From positions 11,301-75,300 of the forward strand of contig JBHLKM010000020.1 of NCBI GenBank assembly GCA_048886685.1: a stretch of DNA of 64,000 bases, read 5' to 3'. The position numbers and the translations under genes were made by a program. The stretch is from Candidatus Hodarchaeota archaeon. Lineage in GTDB: Archaea; Asgardarchaeota; Lokiarchaeia; Sigyniarchaeales; SOKP01. Positions 30,137 through 40,400 of this stretch are shown one piece after another. How positions within the stretch are numbered: position 1 is the stretch's first letter; each line of letters begins with the position of its first letter. The notes under the pieces were generated by a model. That model saw only the letters and a list, made by a program, of their open reading frames with translations. It was not told the origin of the DNA and did not search any database.

Positions 30137-31315
30137 ATGGGCACAAAATACACTACTTTACAACTAATAAACGATCTTGAGAAAGGATTAGGTGGATTAT
30201 CTCAAGCCAGTACGTTATTGGGATTTGGTTCAACTTATTTATCTGATTTAAAGCAAAGAATAACAAATTCAAATGTTAAAGGTTATAATCCAAAATATAA
30301 GTTCTCACTAAGTAATTTAAATGTTTTTAAAGAAAACTTAGAAAGAAATATTGGAGAAAAAGGTGATTTTTGCTTATTTATGATAAATAAATATAGTAAA
30401 TGTAATAATGACTTAAAGCATTATTCAAGACAACAATATAGATCTACTCTCAATCCTAATTATTTTAAGAGAATTGATACTCTCGAAAAGGCTTATTGGT
30501 TAGGATTTTTATATGCAGATGGTGAAATAAGAAATAAGTATAAAGAAAAATACTGGTATAGAATTTCTGTAGAACTCTCAGTCAAAGATAGAGATCATCT
30601 TGAAAATTTTTGTAGAGCCATTGGTCTAATCCCTGCTGAATTAATAAAGGAAAGAGAAAGATATAAAAAATATAATAATAAAATAAAGAAATATCGAATG
30701 GCATATGTACGATTCAGATGTAAACCAATGGTTAAGGATTTATTGAATATTGGCTTTTCAAGTTCAAAAACATTAAAGAAATCAATCCCCAAAATATTTA
30801 AAAAAAGTAATGATTCAACTTTTGGTAGGAAATTATCATTAGCATGGCTCCTTGGCTATTATGATGGTGATGGGAATTCGAATAGTACAAGAATTACTTC
30901 ATCTAGTAAAAATCTTCTAAATGAAATTAAGTCTGAATTTAATATTAAATTCGATGTTAAACAACAGTATGATAAAGGTGAAAAATCTCGTCTTGATGGT
31001 GTAATATCCACAAAACCTCATTGGAGATTAACATTGGGAGCATCTTTATTTAATGAGATGATTCAAAATTATCAAGATAGTATGAAAAGAAAGAGAAGAA
31101 TATTTAAAGAGAAAGATATGGTATCATATAACCGCTTGAAAAAGAAAGTGTTAAATAAAGAAAATTTACAATATTTAGTTGGTACATATAAGATTATTTC
31201 ATTAATAAAGAGATTTGATGTCTCTACAACTACTTTTTATCGCTTATGCAAAGAATGGAATATAAATACACCAAAAATGCGGAATCTAACTAAAAAAAAA
31301 ATAGAACTTTGCTAG
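30137..31315 (+). CDS. Free-standing double-motif LAGLIDADG homing-endonuclease-like protein
   Basis: Two motifs, AYWLGFLYADG and AWLLGYYDGDG; very basic; possible HTH segments at both termini. No intein termini. Confidence 0.88.
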   Translation: MGTKYTTLQLINDLEKGLGGLSQASTLLGFGSTYLSDLKQRITNSNVKGYNPKYKFSLSNLNVFKENLERNIGEKGDFCLFMINKYSKCNNDLKHYSRQQYRSTLNPNYFKRIDTLEKAYWLGFLYADGEIRNKYKEKYWYRISVELSVKDRDHLENFCRAIGLIPAELIKERERYKKYNNKIKKYRMAYVRFRCKPMVKDLLNIGFSSSKTLKKSIPKIFKKSNDSTFGRKLSLAWLLGYYDGDGNSNSTRITSSSKNLLNEIKSEFNIKFDVKQQYDKGEKSRLDGVISTKPHWRLTLGASLFNEMIQNYQDSMKRKRRIFKEKDMVSYNRLKKKVLNKENLQYLVGTYKIISLIKRFDVSTTTFYRLCKEWNINTPKMRNLTKKKIELC

Positions 31316-31480
31316 TTCCTTCTCGATCTCAATGAGTTTCAGGAACAAGGATAATGTTATTCGCTTTCATAATATAGAGTTTTTAATTGAAAATCCTAAT
31401 TGAGATTATAAAAGAATACTTTAATAAAAATCAATTGGATCCTCTGCAAAACTGAAAAGAATAAAGTAATTATTTTTATT

Positions 31481-33001
31481 TTAAGAATTCAATATAGATT
31501 TTCCTATTACACTTGAATGCGGTTTCTTTCCTAATAAGCCTAATAAGGTGGGAACAATATCTGTAGTTTTACAATAATCTAATTCCAATTTAGGAATGTC
31601 TAGAGATCCTCCTATAATCAGTGGCACAAGCATTGAATTTCTGCTGGCAATATCATGCGAATAAGGAGAAACACCTTTTGTTTTTCCATGTTCATAATTA
31701 AAGTTAAATTCGCCCTCAGTAGAGACCATTATATCACATGAACGGGGATTTTTAAAATGACGGGGGAGTTGATCAATAATATTTATAAAATTCGTTTGAA
31801 AAGTTGTTCTTACCCACTCATCAATAGAATGAAATTTATTGTCCAGAAGAGCAGAAGATTTTTCATTTTTTACATAACCAAATAAATCTTCATCATCAAA
31901 CACATATTTGGTCATTTGATCTTTTCCTATCCCATAATATTCAATTCTCCCTTTCAGAATTTTATTATTTTTAATATATCTTCGTCCTAAATGTATAAGC
32001 CCTTTTTCAGCGGTACTAGCATCATCCTTATAATACATCAATTTCACTCCTGGAATGTCCCACAATATTTTAAATAAATCCAATTTAGATGTTCCTTCTC
32101 CACTTGTTTTGTAGTTCTTCATTTGATTAAGTGTGGGATGATGATACCATGTATCTCCCTTAAAGTTGAAAAATCCTATACCCCCAAGATTTGCATCAAA
32201 ATCACCCTCTCCTTTGATAGGATTATAGGGTTTTAGTCCCTTTTGATGAAAGAATGGTTCAAGATCAAAAATATTTGGAGCTTTATAATTACCGTGATCA
32301 GAAGTAATAGCAATTGCGGTATCTTCATAGCATCCTACGTTCTTAAGTGTTTTAATTAAAGATCCTATAAATTTATCACATCTTAATACTAAATTAATGT
32401 AGTCAGGATGATCAAATCCTTTTTCATGCATAAATTCATCAGTATGTGGAATATAACCTACAGAAACTTTTGGAAGTTCCATATTTGGGAAAACTTCTTT
32501 AGGATTTTTGTAAATATCTTCTATTCTTTTTAAGATCAATTCCGGTTTAAATTCTTTTGAAACAGTGAAAGTAGAACCTCTATATAAGAAGCTTGTTACG
32601 CTTAAAAAATTCCCCTCACCTGCTTGTTCAAATATTGTTTTAACATGTTTGCCAATGTCTTTATTTATTTTTAATACGTCTCGTCGCTCACTGTAATTAC
32701 GAATGAAAGGTGGCTTCTTTTTTTCTGAGGGAGGAACTGTACGATCAATCCAATGATAATTGGGGACCCCACTTCCCTCTCTGGGAAAAAATCCAGAATT
32801 TGAACCCGTTATTATATCTGCATAACAAGGTAAAGTAACACTGGGAAATGACGTAACGGTATTTTGACATGAAACACCATTAATAGCGAGTTGAGAAACG
32901 TTTGGAAGATTTCCCTTGTCCATCCATTTGAATAAATGTTCTGCTCGCACATCGTCAAGAATAATCAATATAACTTGGTTAACTTTCGCACTTCGGCTCA
33001 T
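31481..33001 (-). CDS. Alkaline phosphatase superfamily (nucleotide pyrophosphatase/phosphodiesterase)
   Basis: IILDD, FPSVT, DEFMH, TSDHG, SHD, DIVPT. Confidence 0.9.
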   Translation of the reverse strand: MSRSAKVNQVILIILDDVRAEHLFKWMDKGNLPNVSQLAINGVSCQNTVTSFPSVTLPCYADIITGSNSGFFPREGSGVPNYHWIDRTVPPSEKKKPPFIRNYSERRDVLKINKDIGKHVKTIFEQAGEGNFLSVTSFLYRGSTFTVSKEFKPELILKRIEDIYKNPKEVFPNMELPKVSVGYIPHTDEFMHEKGFDHPDYINLVLRCDKFIGSLIKTLKNVGCYEDTAIAITSDHGNYKAPNIFDLEPFFHQKGLKPYNPIKGEGDFDANLGGIGFFNFKGDTWYHHPTLNQMKNYKTSGEGTSKLDLFKILWDIPGVKLMYYKDDASTAEKGLIHLGRRYIKNNKILKGRIEYYGIGKDQMTKYVFDDEDLFGYVKNEKSSALLDNKFHSIDEWVRTTFQTNFINIIDQLPRHFKNPRSCDIMVSTEGEFNFNYEHGKTKGVSPYSHDIASRNSMLVPLIIGGSLDIPKLELDYCKTTDIVPTLLGLLGKKPHSSVIGKSILNS

Positions 33002-33123
33002 TATTATCTAATATTTGATAAATATTTATATAAATTTTTAATAACATATTGATGTAAAGTATTTGAATTTTAATTAAAAAAACTCTAACATTAAATTAGG
33101 ATTTTGAAATTTGGAAACTGACC

Positions 33124-34218
33124 ATGGAAACTATTCACAAGGTACACTTCAAAAATTCATCTGATATGCATGAACTTAAGTCCAATTCGATTGATTTAAT
33201 GATTACTTCACCACCTTATCCCATGATTGAGATGTGGGATTTATTATTTTCTTCCTTAAATGACAAAATTAAAGAGGCTCTCGAAGAAGGGAGTAGTAAA
33301 AGAGCATTCAATTTGATGCATAAGGAACTCGATAAAGTATGGAGAGAAGTAGCACGGGTACTAAAACCTGGGGGAATAGCTTGTATAAACATAGGAGATG
33401 CAACTAGAACTATTGGAAAAAATTTCCAATTATTCCCAAATCACGTCAAAATAACTAATTCTTTTCTTAATTTTGAATTTATTGAATTACCTTCAATTTT
33501 ATGGAGAAAACCAACAAATAGTCCAAATAAATTCATGGGTTCAGGGATGTTACCCCCAAATGCTTATGCTACCCTTGAGCACGAATATATTTTGATATTT
33601 AGAAAAGGTAAAAGGAGGAGGACAATACCCCCAAAATCAGAAAATCGCTATAATAGTGCTTTTTTTTGGGAAGAGAGGAATACATGGTTTTCTGATGTAT
33701 GGGATGATATAAGAGGGATTAGCCAACAAATAAATCAAAATAATAATAATCAAAATTATTTAAGAAATCGTTCAGCAGCTTTTCCCTTTGAAATTCCATA
33801 TCGTTTAATTAATATGTTTTCAATCTATGAAGATATAGTGTTAGATCCGTTCTGGGGTACAGGTACTACTTCATTAGCTGCAATTGTGTCAACCAGAAAT
33901 TCAATAGGTTATGAATTAAAACCTAATTTCATGGATGTGTTTAAAAAAAGTATCTCTAAAATTAAACAATTAAATTCTGAAATTAACAATTACAGGTTAA
34001 ACCACCATGTTGAATTTATTGATAGATACAAAAAACAAAACAAAGAGATTAAATATAAATCAAAATATTATGAATTTCCTGTTATTACAAAACAAGAAAC
34101 AAATATCTTATTTTATTCAGTAAAAAAATATGCCGAAATCCAAAATAAATTTATAATTAATCATGAAAAGTATCTATTAAAGAGTAATATAGATACTTTT
34201 CAATATCCAAATAATTAA
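33124..34218 (+). CDS. Site-specific DNA methyltransferase, beta class (probably N4-cytosine), orphan
   Basis: TSPPY (motif IV) precedes VLDPFWGTGTT (motif I). Confidence 0.9.
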   Translation: METIHKVHFKNSSDMHELKSNSIDLMITSPPYPMIEMWDLLFSSLNDKIKEALEEGSSKRAFNLMHKELDKVWREVARVLKPGGIACINIGDATRTIGKNFQLFPNHVKITNSFLNFEFIELPSILWRKPTNSPNKFMGSGMLPPNAYATLEHEYILIFRKGKRRRTIPPKSENRYNSAFFWEERNTWFSDVWDDIRGISQQINQNNNNQNYLRNRSAAFPFEIPYRLINMFSIYEDIVLDPFWGTGTTSLAAIVSTRNSIGYELKPNFMDVFKKSISKIKQLNSEINNYRLNHHVEFIDRYKKQNKEIKYKSKYYEFPVITKQETNILFYSVKKYAEIQNKFIINHEKYLLKSNIDTFQYPNN

Positions 34219-34310
34219 AAAAAAGTGCTAATATATTTTTTTTATTTAATATTTACTAATAATTTTAAACATATAGAATAAGTTTAAATTAGATAAGCAC
34301 TCTTGAAAAA

Positions 34311-35051
34311 TTACTTTTTTTTCCGTGTTTTACCTAATTTTTCATATAATTCTTTAATTCTCTGATCTTTCATATTTAATTGTACTTCTAACACTTCAAC
34401 TTTGTTTTTCATATTTTCTAAATTACTTTTTAAATCATCTATTTCTTTATTTTTAGACTCAATTATTTTCCCCTGATCATCAATTTGAGTCTGTAATAAA
34501 TAAGCCATTCTCCGTTCTATTGCTTCCTCTTTCTCTTTTATTTTTGTGTCAAATTCAGCTACATCAATATGTTGTCGTTTTAAATTTTCTATCATAGTTT
34601 TCTGTTTGTTTACCTTGTCTTGTAAATCTTTTACTAAAGTTTCTAATGGTGGCTTAGATCTAATATCCTCCGTTCGAATTACATTAGATTCCACGCGTTC
34701 TCTTTTCAACCTTTCAAGTTCCTGCTGGAGTTGAACTTTCTCTTTCCTTAAGAAACCCATTCTATTTTTTAAATCTCGTATTTCTATATCTCTATCTTTT
34801 AAATCTAATGCTAATTTGGAATCTAATACTTTTTGGTCTTTACTTTTTGTATCGCTATCCTCCTCTGGGATTAATGATTCTAATTTCATTATAACATCCT
34901 CTAAGTGTTCTATAGTCTCTAAGTGAGTGTAATTTTCATGTTCTTTTTTATCCAACTCTATTTCTAACATGCTGATTCGATTCTTTAAAGTATTAATTTC
35001 ATCATTTAATTCTTCGATTTTATCCGTTAAATTATCTTCTAACATTTTCAA
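34311..35051 (-). CDS. Coiled-coil protein
   Basis: 246 aa, E/K/L-rich heptads throughout, basic C-terminus. Confidence 0.75.
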   Translation of the reverse strand: MKMLEDNLTDKIEELNDEINTLKNRISMLEIELDKKEHENYTHLETIEHLEDVIMKLESLIPEEDSDTKSKDQKVLDSKLALDLKDRDIEIRDLKNRMGFLRKEKVQLQQELERLKRERVESNVIRTEDIRSKPPLETLVKDLQDKVNKQKTMIENLKRQHIDVAEFDTKIKEKEEAIERRMAYLLQTQIDDQGKIIESKNKEIDDLKSNLENMKNKVEVLEVQLNMKDQRIKELYEKLGKTRKKK

Positions 35052-35143
35052 GAGAAAGTTAATGAAATTATGACTTAAAATAATAATGTAAACTCATTTA
35101 TTAAAATTTAATTACAGCATTATTAAATTAAAACGTGTTCTTT

Positions 35144-37198
35144 TTAAGCAGCAGATTCTAGAAATCTGTAAGCTATATATAAAAACGAATCGTTAACATT
35201 CTCCCCTGTTTTTGCAGAGGTGAGTATGTAAAAAAAATTATTCATGTTTGCAACATTTTTAATTTCATTTTCAGTAATAACTATTTCATCGACTAAATCT
35301 GATTTGTTTCCGACTAATATAATATTAAGATCTTTATCTACAAATTTCGTTAATTCATTATGCCATTTTTCAACAGATTTAAGGCTCTCTTTCCTGGTCC
35401 TATCTATCACAATAAATGCAGAATTAGCTCCTCCATAAAATCTCTTTCTATATGGTGTCATTTGGGTTATTTGACCTCCGATATCCCATATTGCAAAATT
35501 TATTTTCGTGTTTTTAGCTAATTCTATAGTTTTCTTTGATATTTCTAATCCAACTGTACTATGATAACCCTCTTTGAAAAGATTTTGTACAAAGCGTCTT
35601 ATTAATGAAGTCTTACCTACCTCGTAATCTCCTGTTAATACTAATTTTAATGAATAATCACCTGTAGGGATTTTCCCATCTTTAGTTTTAGATAAAATTT
35701 TTATTATTTGAGGTATTTGAAGTGAAACATTTTCATTGCCTTCTAATATCATTTCAATTTTACTTGCTACATGTTCGGAATAGACTCTTAATTCAGTATC
35801 TGAAATTGATAGATCTGAAATAGTTAATAATATTGATTTTAATCCCATCGAACAATATGCAAATTTTTTATTACTAATTGTTGTGATATTAAAGAAGGTC
35901 GTTTCGTCCTTAAATTCCTTCTTAATTCTCTCAATATAACTGTCAACTGATGCTGCTATCGCTCCAATCACATATTCATCTTCAAGATCTCCCTTACTCT
36001 CTGAAGTTATAATTAACCCCTCACGATCGCAGATGGTTATAGCAAATATATTCTCTACATCATCCATAAAATTCTTCAATAAAATTTTTAAACGCCTTTC
36101 TAAGAATGAAAGTCTTTTAATTGATGTTTCCTTCTCCAAGGGTTTTATTTCAGAATCTATTTGAGGAACCTCTTTACCCAACTCATCTTTAATTTTTAAT
36201 TGCATTCTATAAAAGGGCTCTACACTATCTCCCAGTTGTGAAGAGATTTTAATGATTTTCTCAAAAAGGTCATCAATATTTTCAAACTTGTCATTTTTTA
36301 ATGATTCTTCAAGTTCATGGATTAGGTTTTCTCGTTCAAAAAGAAGGTCTATAATTGGTAAAATATGGCGCTTCATTTCAAGCATTTCTGCAATGATTTG
36401 AATAAATCTTTCTCTATTATTGGGATCAATTGCACTCGTCGGAAACGTGTTCAATCCTAAAATTTCCCTTATTCTCGACTCGTTCAAGGCATTTTCCAAA
36501 TCTTGTTTATTTCCAATTCCTGCAGTATAAGCATAAGGAACTTCTTCTTCAATTTTGCTTAAAAAAAATTTTGAATTTATTACATTCTCTTCAGTTGAAT
36601 CCGTGATTAAGAGGATAGCATCGCTCCCTCTAATGAAATTATTCCACAGAAATCCAACATTTTCATCACCAGTAAAATCCCGTAGAAGGAAGGAAATTTT
36701 CCCAACTTTTAAAGTCGCAACATCCCCCGAGATACTAGGTTGATTTTCTACAGAGAACTCCTTTGTTCTTAGGAGGTTTACAATAGTGGACTTTCCCACT
36801 CCAGAATACCCTACTAATGAGATTATTGGAGGCATTCTGTTTTGAATTGGATAAATATATTGATCGATTTTCTCAAGATCCTTTTCATCATCTAAATCCA
36901 GAGTGGTATTTTCAACTAAGTTGAGAAATCCTTCTCTACACCTGTTTAACTCCTTCTTAATTTTGTTAAAAGGATCATTTACACTATTAATAAATAAGAA
37001 CAAGTAGTTTTTTTCTTTATAGTATGAGATTTTAAATTTGTAATAATCTTTATAATTAATAATATCTGTAGTTTTTGAAAAAGATTCCTCCAGAATGGGG
37101 GTAATTAATCTCTCAAATACAGTATCTTCTAACACTACACCGAATTGTTTAGTGTAAATATGTTTCATATCCTTATAAATTGAGATTTGTCGTAAAAT
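35144..37198 (-). CDS. Multidomain protein: longin-like + small GTPase + roadblock + Rab-like small GTPase
   Basis: GTPase 1: GYSGVGKST, DFTG, NKQD, TSA. Roadblock: ICDREGLII, GAIAAS. GTPase 2: GDYEVGKTS, WDIGGQ, NKSD, TSAKTG. Start is ATG 37168 or, more likely, ATT 37198. Confidence 0.88.
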   Translation of the reverse strand: MLRQISIYKDMKHIYTKQFGVVLEDTVFERLITPILEESFSKTTDIINYKDYYKFKISYYKEKNYLFLFINSVNDPFNKIKKELNRCREGFLNLVENTTLDLDDEKDLEKIDQYIYPIQNRMPPIISLVGYSGVGKSTIVNLLRTKEFSVENQPSISGDVATLKVGKISFLLRDFTGDENVGFLWNNFIRGSDAILLITDSTEENVINSKFFLSKIEEEVPYAYTAGIGNKQDLENALNESRIREILGLNTFPTSAIDPNNRERFIQIIAEMLEMKRHILPIIDLLFERENLIHELEESLKNDKFENIDDLFEKIIKISSQLGDSVEPFYRMQLKIKDELGKEVPQIDSEIKPLEKETSIKRLSFLERRLKILLKNFMDDVENIFAITICDREGLIITSESKGDLEDEYVIGAIAASVDSYIERIKKEFKDETTFFNITTISNKKFAYCSMGLKSILLTISDLSISDTELRVYSEHVASKIEMILEGNENVSLQIPQIIKILSKTKDGKIPTGDYSLKLVLTGDYEVGKTSLIRRFVQNLFKEGYHSTVGLEISKKTIELAKNTKINFAIWDIGGQITQMTPYRKRFYGGANSAFIVIDRTRKESLKSVEKWHNELTKFVDKDLNIILVGNKSDLVDEIVITENEIKNVANMNNFFYILTSAKTGENVNDSFLYIAYRFLESAA

Positions 37199-37450
37199 TA
37201 CGCAACACCGGAAAATTTCTTTTTCATTTTATGATTATTATTTCTATATAATTAATTGATTATGAATAATTTATCTTTTAGTATTTTCCTTTATGAAATA
37301 TTTAGTTTTATTTACATAAATTGAATATTTAAAACTAAACTCCTTTAATTCCAATTTTTACCTCTAAATATATATATATGATATATCTATGTTTTTATTA
37401 AATTTAATTAACAAAACTATATCGTTTTTACAATAGAGTAAATTTTAACA

Positions 37451-40400
37451 ATGAAAATCTATAGAAAAAACTTAAAATCTAAAATTGACATTCTTGGAAT
37501 TCTTTTATTCTGTTTAATTATTCCTCTTTTTCTAAATATTCCATTGCTAGGACTTAAAACAAATTACATTAATCAAGAATCTGATGAAAAAAATGTTAAT
37601 TATGATAAAATAAAAACAAATGCCCCTCCTAATGCCATTAGTTTTCAATATTACAAGACTATTACGATCGATCATAATAAAGTAGCCGGATCTGGTTCTT
37701 ATAGCAATTTTCCTGTATTAATTAATATTACAGACTCCGATTTAAGATTGGATGTTCAATCAGATGGAGATGATATTGCGTTTTCATTTGAGAATAATTG
37801 GTTAGATCATGAAATAGAATTATTTGATCAAACATTCAGTTCAACCCATGCTCACTTGGTTGCATGGGTTCGAGTACCCGATTTATCTGGGGTTATTGAT
37901 ACAGTTATCAGAATGTATTACGGCAATTCTAGCATGAGCTCTCGAGAAAATCCAACGGGGGTATGGGAAAGTGGTTATCGAGGTGTATGGCATTTAAATG
38001 AAGAGAGTCTTGCGAATCCAGCCATAGATTCAACCTCAAATTCTAATGACGGTACATACACTAATAGTCCAGTTTTGGGTCAAAATGGCCAAATTCACAA
38101 CTCTGTTGGATTTACCGATTCATTAGGTCAAAGGATTGAAGTTTCTGATGATGCCAGTTTGGATATATCTAATGAACTTACCGTAGAAGCTTGGATTAAT
38201 CCAAACCTTTTACCCGTTGGCATTGGTTCTAAATGGATGACCATAGTAAGTAAAATGGATGGATCTTGGGATGGGGGCAGCGTCTCTGATTTTGATATTT
38301 ACGTGGCAATTAATGATTATAATAATTATGACATTGGGCTTTCAAATCCTTCTAACTCTTATGACGAATGGAGTTCATCGGTATCTGTTTTAAATGCAAC
38401 TTGGCAGCATTTTGTCTTTACTTATCAAAGCTCAACTTCAATAGGAAGAATATTTTTAAACGGCCTGTATATGGCAGAACATAATTTTGGGATTGGTACG
38501 TTAGGCACGAATAGTAATCCCTTTTTTATAGGATTTAATATAGCCTGGACAGGAGAGGTATTTGATGGATTAATAGATGAAGTTCGTATCTCCAGCAGAC
38601 CTCGCTCATCAGGATGGATCTATACAGAATATCAAAATCAAAATGATCCAGATTCATTTTATTTAATTGGATCTGAACAGATCGTAACAACGGAACCTCC
38701 TGATGTAGGTTACTTCACATATTATAAAATTATTACTATTGATGCAGCTAAAATCGCTGGAACAGGGAGTCATTTCAATTTTCCAGTATTAATTTCAATT
38801 GTTGATGAGGATTTAAAATATCATTGTCAACCTGATGGTGATGATATTGCTTTTTCTACGGGAGGGGATTGGATAAATCATGAATTTGAATTATTCAATC
38901 AATCATATAGTACTACTGAAGCTCAATTAATAGTTTGGGTTAGAATTCCCATTTTGTCTACGAGTTTAAACACAACCCTCATTATGTATTATGGTAATGC
39001 AACAATGACTTCTCAAGAGAATCCAAGTGGTGTGTGGAATAATTATGTTGGTGTTTGGCATTTAAACGAAAGTCCAGCTGGAATTGTATATGATAGTACA
39101 GCTTACAGTAATGATGGTACAACTCTGGGCTCTATGAGCTCATCTGACTTAGTTTCTTGTCAAATAAGCACAGGTTTTGAATTAGATGGATTTGATGATA
39201 TGATTAGTATACCTGAAAGTACGAGCTTAGATTCGGTATCTGATGAAGCAACTTTATCATTATGGATAAATTGGGTTAATTCTTCTGATGGAGGATATCA
39301 AAGAGTGATGACCACTAGTAATCGTTTCACAGCAAATCCGACCCCGCCCCCAACACTCTTCCAAACTGATGGTTTTGAATGGGCGGTTCAACCTGATGGT
39401 GACCACTTCTTTTATCCGTATGGTGGCGTCAGTACTAATTATAATCTTGTTACCGATCCTTTTACAAATAATATTTGGCATTATCTCGTATTAACCTTAA
39501 ATTATGCTACAAAAAGTGTAAAAATATATTTAGATGGAACATCATTAAGTTTTACCATAGAAAATGTACCCTCGCAATGGATTCAATTAGCTAATCTCGA
39601 TGATTGGTTATGGGGAGGAAATTTGGTCGCAAGTGCGAGTCAAATTCTTGGTAAATTTGATGAAATACGAGTTTCTAATGTAGAACGATCTTCGGGTTGG
39701 ATCCTAACAGAGTATAATAACCAATATAATCCAAATTCATTTTATTCCGTAGGTAATGAACAACTAGTAAATGTTCAGCCAGTAAATGCGGATTACTTTA
39801 ATTATTATAAAGTTTTAACTATTGATCACACAAAGGTTAATGGAACAGGAAGTCATGTTAATTTTCCTCTTCTTATTTCAATATTTGATAAGGATTTACG
39901 ATATGATGTTCAAAATGATGGTGATGATATTGCATTTTCTATAGATGGTCAATGGTTAGACCATCAAATAGAACTCTTTAATCAAACTTACAGTGGAACC
40001 CACGCTCGTTTAGCTGCATGGATCCGTATTCCATTTTTATCAACTGCTTTTGATACTAACGTTTCGATGTATTACGGTAATTCTACGATGACCTCACGAC
40101 AGAATCCATCTCAAGTATGGAATTCGGGTTATGTGGCTGTTTGGCATTTGAATGAAGACCCCTCTGGCACACCTCCTCAGATAAAGGATAGTACTATTCC
40201 TGGGAGTGATGGTATCTCTTATGGTACAATGAGTTCTTCAGACCAAGTCTCCGGAATGATCGGAGGTGCGTTAGATTTTGATGGGATTAATGATTATATT
40301 GATCTTGGAAATCCTGGAGAATTGCATATTACAGGTGAATTTACTGTTCAAGCTTGGTTTAAGGTTAATTTTGTTGGTAATGATTATTTAGTCGTTAAGA

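Noticed and set aside
30137-31315. LAGLIDADG ORF as an intein or as part of an rRNA/tRNA intron
   Set aside because: No Cys/Ser start or His-Asn end, no host exteins, and no rRNA or tRNA sequence flanks it.
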